Virus record (IMG/VR): IMGVR_UViG_3300033146_001635
Location: 1-64,000 of that record
Reading direction: 5' to 3' (one strand)
From: a virus
DNA length: 64,000 bases
This document shows positions 1 to 10,100 of this stretch, one piece after another. The notes under the pieces were generated by a model. The model saw nothing but the letters and a program-made list of their open reading frames with translations. It searched no databases and was not told the origin of the DNA. How positions within the stretch are numbered: the first letter of the stretch is position 1; the number at the start of each line of letters is the position of its first letter. A program made the position numbers and the translations under genes.

Positions 1-1011
1 ATATATTATAAAGATAAACAAAAATATCTAGAAACAATTGTACCCATAGAAGAAATAGCTCAATTAAAATCAATTAAGAGTACAATTAAATGGAGATATC
101 CAAAAATTAATAAACATCAATTTTCATCAATATTAAAATTCTTTAGGGATGTAAATAATAAACATTCCGCAGAATGTATGGTATTTATTGGATTTGATAG
201 AAAAGCAAAAAAAATGACTATTTTTCCACCGCACAAACAAGTAGTAACAGGTGCATCAATTAAATATGAAAACGCCCCAACACCGGGTATTTCTATTATT
301 GGAACAATTCACTCACATAATACAATGTCTGCCTTTCATTCAGGTATTGATATTAGAGATGAAATGGATTTTGATGGGTTACATATTACCATAGGTAAAT
401 TAACAGAACATGATGAATCGTTTGAAATATCGTGTCAATTTGTTGCAAATGCACATAGACAAGATGTTTCTTATGTAGATGTTATTGATGGTATTATTCG
501 AAAAAATAACGTCAATGCATCACAATATCTTAATAACCCAAAAAATATTGTTCAACAATTATTGGGTAAAACTTTAGGAATTTTCTATAATAATAAAGTG
601 CAGGTAATTTCATCTACACCAAAATTATTTCCTGAAATTTCATGTGATTCATTATCAGATGGATATAATAAAATTATTGATAAATGGCATCAAACTATAA
701 AAGTAAATACACTTACACTTAATAAATCAAAATATGGAAAACATTCAAATCTTTTTGGATATGGTGGATATACAGAAGAATTCTACACTCAACATTTTAA
801 TAAACATAAACACCATCCTATTTTAAATAAAGAAGTTCCATTTGAAAAGAAAGTCAATTTTGATGATGACTTTTTTATTAATGAAAATGGTGAAATTGAA
901 AGATTGGAAATGTTTGATAATGATGAAGATGATTTTGATTTTCTTATTGTTGATGATCAAAATATAGTTGATGAAGATGATGAAATAAATGAGGGTGTAT
1001 TACCATTTTAA
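1..1011 (+). CDS. JAB/MPN metalloprotease (prokaryotic JAB, PRTRC protein A-like), 5'-truncated by window edge
   Basis: Frame is open from base 1 (IYYKDKQKY...HSAECMVF). JAMM motif E...GTIHSHNTMSAFHSGIDIRDE (HxH-x7-S-x2-D), followed by GLHITIG; acidic tail. Confidence 0.85.
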   Translation: MYYKDKQKYLETIVPIEEIAQLKSIKSTIKWRYPKINKHQFSSILKFFRDVNNKHSAECMVFIGFDRKAKKMTIFPPHKQVVTGASIKYENAPTPGISIIGTIHSHNTMSAFHSGIDIRDEMDFDGLHITIGKLTEHDESFEISCQFVANAHRQDVSYVDVIDGIIRKNNVNASQYLNNPKNIVQQLLGKTLGIFYNNKVQVISSTPKLFPEISCDSLSDGYNKIIDKWHQTIKVNTLTLNKSKYGKHSNLFGYGGYTEEFYTQHFNKHKHHPILNKEVPFEKKVNFDDDFFINENGEIERLEMFDNDEDDFDFLIVDDQNIVDEDDEINEGVLPF

Positions 1012-1025
1012 AAGGGAGTTATAAT

Positions 1026-1736
1026 TTGAATAAAGTTAGTATTTATATTATTGGATTGGGGGGAATTGGTTCATGTTTGTGTGAACCAATTTGCCGTTAT
1101 ATTAATTATTTAGAAAATAGGAGAGATTATGACATAATATTAATTGATGGAGATTCCTATGATGATGGGAATCTTGCAAGACAATATTTTGAATGGGATG
1201 AAATAGGAGAAAATAAAGCTGAAGTCCAAGCTAAAAAAATGAAGAATAAATTTGAAGAATTAGATATAAAAACAGAAGCTATATATATCAATTCACAAAA
1301 TATTAAAAATACTATTGTTGATAATAGTATAATATTATCTGGGGTTGATAATCACAAAACCAGAAAAATTATTCAAGATCATTGTAATAAATTATCTAAT
1401 TGTTTATATATATCAGGTGGAAATTTTTACATTGATGGGGATGTAATTATTTTCGCTAAAAAGGATGGTGTACAGCTTTCACCAACTATTTATCAAGATC
1501 ATAAGGATATCGCCAATCCAACTGATCGAACACCTGATGAAATTGGGTGTGATGAATTAGTGGAATCTGTACCACAACTGTTGTTTACAAATGGAACAGT
1601 ATCTATTTGTATGCAATGGGCATTTTACAATTATTATAAATTATTTCAAGAAAATAATATAAGCATTTATAAAAATAAGATTAGTTTTGATATTTGTGAG
1701 ATGAGTGTTATATCTCGCAACAGACCTATTATTTAA
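1026..1736 (+). CDS. ThiF/E1-like ubiquitin-activating adenylyltransferase
   Basis: IIGLGGIG Rossmann motif, LIDGD...NLARQ, GENKAE, GVDNHKTR, candidate catalytic Cys in EIGCDE, PQLLFTN. Confidence 0.88.
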   Translation: MNKVSIYIIGLGGIGSCLCEPICRYINYLENRRDYDIILIDGDSYDDGNLARQYFEWDEIGENKAEVQAKKMKNKFEELDIKTEAIYINSQNIKNTIVDNSIILSGVDNHKTRKIIQDHCNKLSNCLYISGGNFYIDGDVIIFAKKDGVQLSPTIYQDHKDIANPTDRTPDEIGCDELVESVPQLLFTNGTVSICMQWAFYNYYKLFQENNISIYKNKISFDICEMSVISRNRPII

Positions 1737-1786
1737 ATTATTTAAAAAAGATAACTTTAACCACTTTTTTTCTTAGGAGAATTATT

Positions 1787-2371
1787 ATGAGTGTTATTGT
1801 CAATGGGCTCGAAGTTTTCACACTGGCTGAATTAAATGAAAAAACTGCTAAAGAGCTTCGGGCCCTTTGTGCGCAGTATAATCTTTCAAGATATTCAAAA
1901 GCCAATAAAACAACTCTTTTAGAAATGATTCGTAATTATTATGAAGAATTATTAAATAGTGAAACTGCATCTAATCTTAGAATAATTGCTGGAAATCTTG
2001 GTTATACTGGAATTTCTAAAACCACCAAAGCTAATTTAATTGATTTAATTCTTAATCATACTGATGCAGATAATGATGAAATTGATTTAAGTTCTGATGA
2101 AGAAGTTGACATTTCAGGTGGTGAGGAAATTGATATTTCCACACCTGATAAAAAAGATGATAAAATTACTGTAATTTATGGTGCAAAAAATCGTGAAGTT
2201 GACGATGAAGGCAAGAGTGTATGGGATATTCATGCCAATCTTGCTTCTGTTATGGGTCTTCCACAGAAGCCCGATTTTCGAGTCAATGACGCAGTTGTAA
2301 ATAATAACTATATTCCTACTGCGGGTGATTCGATTGAATTTTTCCGGACTGAGTCTGGGAATAAAGGTTAA
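1787..2371 (+). CDS. Ubiquitin-like protein with two N-terminal Rho_N/HeH-like repeats, acidic linker and C-terminal beta-grasp ending SGNKG
   Basis: Repeats LNEKTAKELRALCAQYNLSRYSKANKTTLLEMI and LNSETASNLRIIAGNLGYTGISKTTKANLIDLI. C-terminal ~70 aa KITVIYG...FRVND...AGDSIEFFRTESGNKG. RBS aggag. Confidence 0.75.
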   Translation: MSVIVNGLEVFTLAELNEKTAKELRALCAQYNLSRYSKANKTTLLEMIRNYYEELLNSETASNLRIIAGNLGYTGISKTTKANLIDLILNHTDADNDEIDLSSDEEVDISGGEEIDISTPDKKDDKITVIYGAKNREVDDEGKSVWDIHANLASVMGLPQKPDFRVNDAVVNNNYIPTAGDSIEFFRTESGNKG

Positions 2372-2378
2372 TATATAA

Positions 2379-2434
2379 TATGCCCCCACTATTATATATA
2401 CCTTGTGTGGTACACATATAGTAGTGGGGGCATA
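2379..2434 (+). terminator. Long GC-cored stem-loop after the Ubl gene (terminator or processing/stabilising hairpin)
   Basis: tatgcccccactattatat ... atatagtagtgggggcata; no clean U-tract. Confidence 0.6.
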
Positions 2435-2448
2435 ATTGGTTTATAATT

Positions 2449-2814
2449 ATGATTATTGATGAACTTTTAAAAGAAATTAAAGCAGATGAAAATTTAGAAA
2501 AATTAAAAATCATCTGTGATAAAATGCAATCCGAAGAAGTATATACTGAAGATTTTTTTAATTTGTCTGAGATATTGTATTATCACAAATATGATGAAAA
2601 CACCTTTTTTGAAAAGGTTTTAACTTTGTCTTTTGATATGTTGGCTGAAAATATTTACCATATTGATGAATGGCAAATAAATAAAGCTTTAAAAGATGGC
2701 GATGAAAAAAAATTTAAAAAAATTCAAACATATAGTTTACATACAATATTTGCAAAAAATGTATTAATGAAATACGCACAAATTTTGAAAAAGGCTATTA
2801 ATAATGGGAAGTGA
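2449..2814 (+). CDS. Hypothetical protein
   Basis: 121-aa ORF overlapping the next gene; no recognised motif. Confidence 0.6.
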   Translation: MIIDELLKEIKADENLEKLKIICDKMQSEEVYTEDFFNLSEILYYHKYDENTFFEKVLTLSFDMLAENIYHIDEWQINKALKDGDEKKFKKIQTYSLHTIFAKNVLMKYAQILKKAINNGK

Positions 2815-3643
2815 AATATCAATTATTGGTGTTGGTAGTATAGGCAAAACTTTATTGGATGCCTGTATAAAAACACAAATTTTTGATAAGATAAATATTA
2901 TTGATGGGGATAAAGTTAAAAAACATAACTATGTTTTTAATAATAAATTTTTAAATATACAAAAAGTTTATGCATGTAAGGAATTATATGGAAATAAAAT
3001 AAATCCTATTAATCAATATTTGTCATACGATAATCTAACAGATATAAAAAAATTAACTAATAAATCGCAGTTTATATTTGATTGTAGAGATGTTTTTGAT
3101 AATATAAATTTGCCAAAAACTATTAAATTGTATATAAACGATAGTAGATTGTTTATAAGTTCAATTAGTAAAGAATCTTTTAAATTTGAATTCAAAAGTG
3201 ATTATGTATCATTTACAGATTTAACTAAAATAGAAGATTTGATATTCAAATTTATCAAATATTTCACAAATAAAAATTTGTCAAATCACGATATTATTAT
3301 TAAAAATATATCAAATAAAAATAAAGCTGTTGTTATTAATACGTTAGGAAATATTGATATATTAGATTCTACAAAATATATTTTTTCAAAACAAATTAAA
3401 TCAAAATTAAATAAAATTGTTGAAACACAAAAAATAACTGATTTGAATATAATTGTTGAAGATGGTATTTATATTTTGTGTAATGAAAAATATAATTTGA
3501 ATTTACATCCAATTCATGATATTTTATATAATATTGAAAAAGAGTGTTCCCATTTTCCAGCTGCATTTGTATCCTATAGAATGTCATCTCGACATTCAAA
3601 TGAATTAATTATGACAATTCATAATCAAATAGGAGGCGCATAA
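2804..3643 (+). CDS. Divergent ThiF/E1-like protein with C-terminal ...QIGGA tail (possible fused Ubl)
   Basis: IIGVGSIG, IIDGD, QKVYACKE, FIFDCRD; lacks the NLxRQ motif; ends GG-A. Confidence 0.6.
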   Translation: MGSEISIIGVGSIGKTLLDACIKTQIFDKINIIDGDKVKKHNYVFNNKFLNIQKVYACKELYGNKINPINQYLSYDNLTDIKKLTNKSQFIFDCRDVFDNINLPKTIKLYINDSRLFISSISKESFKFEFKSDYVSFTDLTKIEDLIFKFIKYFTNKNLSNHDIIIKNISNKNKAVVINTLGNIDILDSTKYIFSKQIKSKLNKIVETQKITDLNIIVEDGIYILCNEKYNLNLHPIHDILYNIEKECSHFPAAFVSYRMSSRHSNELIMTIHNQIGGA

Positions 3644-4281
3644 TGTTAAATTGGGAAATGGATCTTGAAAAATTGAATATTAAAATTGTTCCAGTAGATA
3701 ATCCCAATTTAATTCAATTAACAACAGATATTAAACCACGATTTTTACAATACCAAGGTCTTTTAATTCCAATTAATATCAAACAAGAATATGTGTTAAA
3801 AACTAGTATTAATAATGTAGTGTTAGAAATAAAACGATTAAACCAACGATCAATTTTAGTTGATAAAATTTATATTTTAAATAGTATACACCCAAATGCT
3901 ATGACACTACCTTCAAATCCAATATTAGATTTGAATTTTGTTAATAATATTGTTTATCAATATTGTTTCAATAAATTTGTATTTGATGATGAAAATCCTA
4001 TTTCGTTTGTTAATCAAGTTGGGTATTTAATAAAATTTTTAGAAAAATGGAATTATGATGAAGCTTATTGGAGAGATTTTAAAATTATTGAAATTAATAT
4101 TGATGACCATGAAGTATGTATAGATCCAAATAATAACAATAAAATGTATAATAAAAAACAATTAAAGAAAAAATTATCACGCCATTCGAAAATCATTCAC
4201 ACTTCTATTATTTTAAATAAACTTTTAGGTATTCCTAGATTAGATATTGAAGATACCTTAAAAAAAATTTTCTTGGTTTAA
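3643..4281 (+). CDS. Putative E2-like (ubiquitin-conjugating fold) protein
   Basis: HPN motif (SIHPNA) followed by YQYCF and a W-N helix (FLEKWNYDEAY); coupled to the upstream gene via TAATG. Confidence 0.45.
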   Translation: MLNWEMDLEKLNIKIVPVDNPNLIQLTTDIKPRFLQYQGLLIPINIKQEYVLKTSINNVVLEIKRLNQRSILVDKIYILNSIHPNAMTLPSNPILDLNFVNNIVYQYCFNKFVFDDENPISFVNQVGYLIKFLEKWNYDEAYWRDFKIIEINIDDHEVCIDPNNNNKMYNKKQLKKKLSRHSKIIHTSIILNKLLGIPRLDIEDTLKKIFLV

Positions 4282-4287
4282 AAATAA

Positions 4288-4337
4288 AATTACCACCTTT
4301 TGAGATCTTAATAGTGAGATTTCAAAAGGTGGTAATT
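4288..4337 (+). terminator. Stem-loop closing the Ubl locus
   Basis: aattaccaccttttgagatctta / tgagatttcaaaaggtggtaatt. Confidence 0.65.
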
Positions 4338-4339
4338 CC

Positions 4340-4351
4340 AACATATAAATG
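4340..4351 (+). promoter_or_regulatory. AACA-N6-TG promoter motif upstream of the RNAP genes
   Basis: AACA TATAAA TG, identical to the core at 41673 and 61013. Confidence 0.55.
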
Positions 4352-4401
4352 CTACATCAATTCTGTCCTTTCTTTTTCTTTTTTTTCTAGGAGAAAAGTA
4401 T

Positions 4402-7170
4402 ATGCCCCAATTATTATCAAACGATTTTATGAAAGATTTACCAGAGATAACAACCTCAAAATATTTTGAAAAGAAAAAAAGATACCATAAAGATGGGTTA
4501 TTTTCTGAATATATTTTTGGTTTGGAAAATAATTATACATGTCATTGTGGTATTTATCACGGTAAAAGTGCTGAGGGCACAGTATGTAATGAAAAATGTT
4601 GCAATGGATTGCCTATTACACATTCTATTAAAAGACGCAGACAATATGCAAAAATAATATTACCAATTCCTGTTTTAAATAAAACTTTTTTATTACTATT
4701 AAAAAAAGTATTTCCAAACGAGAAAATTGTTGAAGCTATCACAAAAATAATGAAATCTTATAAAAATATTATTTATAAAAAAGATGGCGAATATTTTTTA
4801 AGAGAGCTTGGTGAAAACGAAGATTTAGATAAATTTGAATTGGAATACTATTCATTACATGAAGCTGCTGAAATATATTTAAAAGAAACAATTGAAAAAT
4901 ATAGATTGATAGATCCTGAAAATAAACAATTTAAAATGATTGATGATAATAAGGATAAATTGTTTATTAATGAAATTTTGGTTATACCACCTGATTTCAG
5001 ACCAATATCTCAAATAAATGCTAATACAAAATCTGTTGACCAAATTAATCAATATTATAATCAATTGTTAGTCAGAAAAGAAATTATGGCTAAAATTGAT
5101 ATGGACATTACACAACATATTAAAATTTATCATAATTATTATATACAATTTCAATATATTTATAATGAATTATATGAATATATCATTCAAAAAATTTCTA
5201 AAAAAGAGGGTTTAATCAGAGGGAATATTCTTGGAAAACGAATAGATTTTTCTGGTAGAGCTGTTATTGCACCATCCCCCAATATTAATTTGGATGAATG
5301 TATTCTTCCATATAAAATGGTTTTAGAATTATATAAGATTAAAATCGCAAAATATTTATATAATTCGGGAAAATTTAAATTTTTAAATCAGGCATTGTTA
5401 TGTGTTGAGGAATGTCAATTTTATAATGATCCAAGATTATTAGATATTTGTAAAAAAATAATAGGAGATGATGTTTGTATTTTAAATAGACAACCTAGTT
5501 TACACAAATTAAGTTTTATGGCATTTAAAATAAAAGTTGATATTGTTGATGTTATTTATATTCACCCAATGGTATGTCATGGATTTAATGCTGATTTTGA
5601 TGGGGACGCAATGGCAGTATATTTACCAATCACCCCTGAATCTCAAGAAGAAGCAAAACGACAAGCATTATCTACTAAAATGTTAATCAACCCAACTAAT
5701 ATGCAAATTATTACTTTACCAAGTCAAGAAATGATTTTGGGTTTGTATTTACTGAGTGTTGCAAAAGATGGTAAATATGGACAAAAATGTGAATTTAAAA
5801 ATGTTGAAATGACTTATGGTATGGCATTGATTAATAAATGTTTTCCAAAAGATTATAAAGTAATTACTGAAAAAATAACAACTAAATCTATATCTTCAAT
5901 AATATATGAAATTTTTAATAAACACCCTGATGAAATTGTTGAAGTTTTAGATAAAATTAAAACAACTGGTTTTAAATATGCAACTTTAATTGGGCATACC
6001 ATATCATTAAAAGGTATGACTTCAAATGAAAAATTAAAAAATGAAATTTATTCTAAGAAAACATCACAACAACAATTAAAAGCAATAACAAGTAACAAGG
6101 TTAAAAAATATTTACAAGAAAATTTTATATATACTGATATGATTGAATCTGGTGCAAGAGGGAGTTGGGACCAAGCTAGACAATTAATATTAACAAGAGG
6201 ATTTGTATCTAATTTCAAAGGTACTATTTTACCAATTCCTGTTAAAAATTGTTTAGTTGATGGATTGACACCAACTGAATTTTTCTTATCTTCATATGGA
6301 TGTCGCAAGGGATTGCTAGATATTGCAATCAAAACAGCATCATCAGGTTATTTATTTAGAAAATTTCTTTTCGCTTGTTCTAATTTAATGATTGATTATG
6401 AAAATGAAGATTGTGGTACAACTGATTTATTAGGGGTGTATATAAATGATTTGAAAAAAGCATATTCAGTCAAAGGTCGTTGGTATGCGCCAGATCCTGA
6501 AAAACCAACAGAATTAGAATTAATTACAGATGCAAATTTAAATAACATAATTAATAAACGAATATTTATACGTAGTCCCATTTTCTGCAAAACAAAAAAA
6601 TTGTGTAAAACATGTTATGGTAAATTATATGAATATTTAAATAATAGCCGTTTTGTTGGATCTATTGCTGCTCAATCACTTGGAGAATCAAATACTCAAA
6701 TGGTATTAAGAACTTTCCATACATCTGGTGTTGCTATAACAAAAAATAAAGATGTTACTGAAAATGAAACAGAAAATAAAAAAATGAAACAAGATGATAT
6801 TGTCGGTGCATTAACATTAATATCACAACTTGTTCATAAATTTGATTCATCTGTTACATGCGATATATTGGTTGAACAATTACATCATATTTATTCAGAT
6901 GGAAGATTTTTCATGTTAATACATTTTGAATGTTTAGTTGCACAATTGATGTGGAGTGCTAGAAAAAAATGGAGATTATTGCCAAACCGTGACAAAGTAT
7001 CATACGAATTAAATTCGATAGTTGCGGTTCCATCATTAGAAAGTTGGTTAATGGGATTAGCATTTTCAAATACAAAAAGAGAATTAATCAATGGATTATT
7101 AGAACCTGGATTGTATTCTGGAGGTGTTATTGATAAAATATTATGTGGTGTATCATATAAAGATATTTAA
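4402..7170 (+). CDS. rpoC: Phage multisubunit RNA polymerase, beta'-like catalytic subunit (streamlined, 922 aa)
   Basis: N-terminal Zn ribbon (CHCG..CNEKCC), KEGLIRGNILGKRIDFSGRAVI, NRQPSLH, catalytic NADFDGD, GARG, KTASSGY, AAQSLGE..TQMVLRTFH. Confidence 0.95.
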   Translation: MPQLLSNDFMKDLPEITTSKYFEKKKRYHKDGLFSEYIFGLENNYTCHCGIYHGKSAEGTVCNEKCCNGLPITHSIKRRRQYAKIILPIPVLNKTFLLLLKKVFPNEKIVEAITKIMKSYKNIIYKKDGEYFLRELGENEDLDKFELEYYSLHEAAEIYLKETIEKYRLIDPENKQFKMIDDNKDKLFINEILVIPPDFRPISQINANTKSVDQINQYYNQLLVRKEIMAKIDMDITQHIKIYHNYYIQFQYIYNELYEYIIQKISKKEGLIRGNILGKRIDFSGRAVIAPSPNINLDECILPYKMVLELYKIKIAKYLYNSGKFKFLNQALLCVEECQFYNDPRLLDICKKIIGDDVCILNRQPSLHKLSFMAFKIKVDIVDVIYIHPMVCHGFNADFDGDAMAVYLPITPESQEEAKRQALSTKMLINPTNMQIITLPSQEMILGLYLLSVAKDGKYGQKCEFKNVEMTYGMALINKCFPKDYKVITEKITTKSISSIIYEIFNKHPDEIVEVLDKIKTTGFKYATLIGHTISLKGMTSNEKLKNEIYSKKTSQQQLKAITSNKVKKYLQENFIYTDMIESGARGSWDQARQLILTRGFVSNFKGTILPIPVKNCLVDGLTPTEFFLSSYGCRKGLLDIAIKTASSGYLFRKFLFACSNLMIDYENEDCGTTDLLGVYINDLKKAYSVKGRWYAPDPEKPTELELITDANLNNIINKRIFIRSPIFCKTKKLCKTCYGKLYEYLNNSRFVGSIAAQSLGESNTQMVLRTFHTSGVAITKNKDVTENETENKKMKQDDIVGALTLISQLVHKFDSSVTCDILVEQLHHIYSDGRFFMLIHFECLVAQLMWSARKKWRLLPNRDKVSYELNSIVAVPSLESWLMGLAFSNTKRELINGLLEPGLYSGGVIDKILCGVSYKDI

Positions 7171-7181
7171 AAATATAAGGG

Positions 7182-10100
7182 GTGAAAATGTATCAAAACA
7201 ATCCTGATTTAAAATTACCAGAAATAAATATTTTTAATCTACGAAAATTAGATGATTTAAAATTAATGGACACTATTGAAGAAATTTTAAAAGTGCCTAT
7301 TAAATATGGATTTAAACTAGAAGAATTTTCTAAATCAGATATTAGATATACTGGACATAATCTAGTTAATACAATTAAAGAAAATATTAATGTAAAATTA
7401 TCTAAAAATAATAATATTGTTGATTTATCAATGCAGATTCCAAAACTTGTTGATAATCAATGGTTTGTAATTAACGGTAGAAGAAAAATACCAAGGTTCC
7501 AATTATATGATATTCCGTTGTTGACATTATATTTTAAAAATGAAATTCGTTTTCATAGTAATGTAGGAAGAATTGGTATCTATTGGACGGATAATAAAAA
7601 GAAAGCTCCTTCATTTGTATCAATAGCTAGTTTATCCAAAAAAATTCCTCTATCTATTGTTTTATATGCCTTTTATGGTATAGAAAAAGTAGAAGAACTA
7701 TTTTTAAAAGATGTGGATGAAGATGAATTAAATAAAATTCCTAATGACAAAAAATCAATTCTTCAATTATTACAATTGGATTTAATAGATGCTTATTCAG
7801 AAGTTACACAAGAAATGTATATTGAAGCAATTGGAGATTATTTTTCAAGAAAAAATCCAAAAGAAAAAGGTGAAGATTATATTTTCACTTTAGAAAATAT
7901 TTTGGATATTGATGTAATAGCAAAAAAATTTATTCCACATGATAATATTTTGGATTGTTTATGTGATATTCTTATTAATGAAATACAACTTGATGATACA
8001 GATTATTTAAATAAAAGATTGAGATGTTATGAATATGCTATTATTCAATATTTTATGGAAAATATTTATAAATTATGTTTGACATGTAGAAATTCAAATA
8101 AACCTAAATATAATATTAATAAAACAAAAATTTTAGCAAGTTGCAATGTTTCAGAAATTATTCAATATGATTTTTGTATTAACCCAGTTGAACAATTAAC
8201 TAAATTAACACAGTGTACGTTATCTGGGCCGGGTGGATTTAAAAAGGAATCAATACCTATAAAATTAAGGGATTTAAATCAATCAATGATAGGTAAAATA
8301 TGCCCCGTTGATACACCAGATAGAGAAAACTGTGGTGTTGTACAAAATGTAACACCAGTTGTCAAATTTGATAATAATTTTAAATTTTTAGAAGATAATA
8401 CGAAAGTAATTCCATCATTAGCTGTTTCAATGGTTCCATTTTTAGAACATGATGATACTACTAGATTACAAATGGCAGCTTCTCAAATGAGACAAGCTAT
8501 ATTACTTGATAATTTTCAAGTGCCATTGGTTTGTTCTGGTGTGGAAAAACAATTTACTGAATTTACTAGTTTTATAGAATATGCAAAAGATGATGGTGAA
8601 GTTATATACAAAGATACTAAAAAACTTATTATTGGATATAAAAATGGTGAAATAAAAATAATTGATATAGGTATTAAAAAAATTCTATCTGATAATATGA
8701 GTCATATGACTACCGTATTAAATATCGGTGATAAATTTAATAAAGGTGATATAATTGCATCAAGTTCATTTTGTAATGATGGTCTTATTAAAATAGGTAG
8801 AAATTTTAAAGTTGCATTTATGTCATACTATGGATATAACAACGAAGATGGAATTGTTATTTCTGATAAACTTGTTAAAGATAATTCATTGACATCTGTT
8901 CATTATCTTGATTTATCATTTAATATATCTCCTAATAAAGTATTAGAAAGATTAATTGATTCAGAAGTATATACACCTTTATTTCCAGTTGGAACTAGAT
9001 TAAAAAAGGGTGATGTGTATGCTAGATTAAAAGATATGTACTTATTTGGCTCAATCAAAGATCAAGTTTATGATATTTTTAAAGATAGTCAAGAAAAAAT
9101 AACACCAAAAGATATTTTAATTACAGATATAAAAATATATGCAAATGAATGGCATACAGAATTAAAAGAATATGATGCATGGATTAAATATAATATTCAA
9201 AAACAAATTGATTATGGTAATAAAATTATTAATATTATTAAAGATAATTCAGATGAAGCTACGGCTAAAAAATTAATTACAGAACACCGACTTGATGAAT
9301 TAATGTATCCAAAACAATATAAAAGAAAAGATGAGAAATTAAAAGGTGTTCACATTGAAATGACTGCTGTATATGAAAGACCAATTCAAGTGGGTGATAA
9401 ATTAGCTAATAGACATGGTAATAAGGGTGTTATTACATCTATTATGAGCCATGAAACAATGCCACAGCTACCCAATGGTGAACATGTTGAAATCTGTTTA
9501 AACCCAATGGGCGTGTTATCAAGAATGAATTTGGGGCAATTATTTGAATTTCATTTAAGTGAAGCTTTAATGAAATTCAAAAATATTCTTAAACAAATGT
9601 TAAAAGATAATTGCAAACAAGATGATATTAAAAAATTAATAATGTCATTTATAAAAATGACAGATAAAACTGATACACAATGGATTTCACATAGTTTCAA
9701 AGAATATTTGCCAGAAATTATAGATGAAAAATTTATCGATGATTTGTATTTAATTCAACCACAATTTAACTCTATATCAAAAGATGATATGGATAAAATT
9801 ATGGATTTTGTTGAATGTGAATACGAAATAGAATTATATGATCCTGTATCAAAGGAAAAAATTGAATCTAAAATTGCTGTCGGATATATGTATCTTATGA
9901 AACTGATTCATATTGCAGAAAATAAATTAGCATATAGAAGCATATCTACACTATCTAGAAAAACCATGCAACCCACTGCTGGTAAAAAATTAAATGGTGG
10001 GCAAAGATGTGGTGAAATGGAAAGTGGCTGTGCTGTATCAAATGATATGCCAATAAATCAGACAGAATTTTATACAATTAAATCCGATTGTATAGATGCA

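Noticed and set aside
1026-2371. ThiF/ThiS or MoeB/MoaD cofactor biosynthesis
   Set aside because: No thiG, moaE or cysteine desulfurase nearby; the Ubl has extra N-terminal domains and a JAB/E2-like context, which favours conjugation. Not formally excluded.
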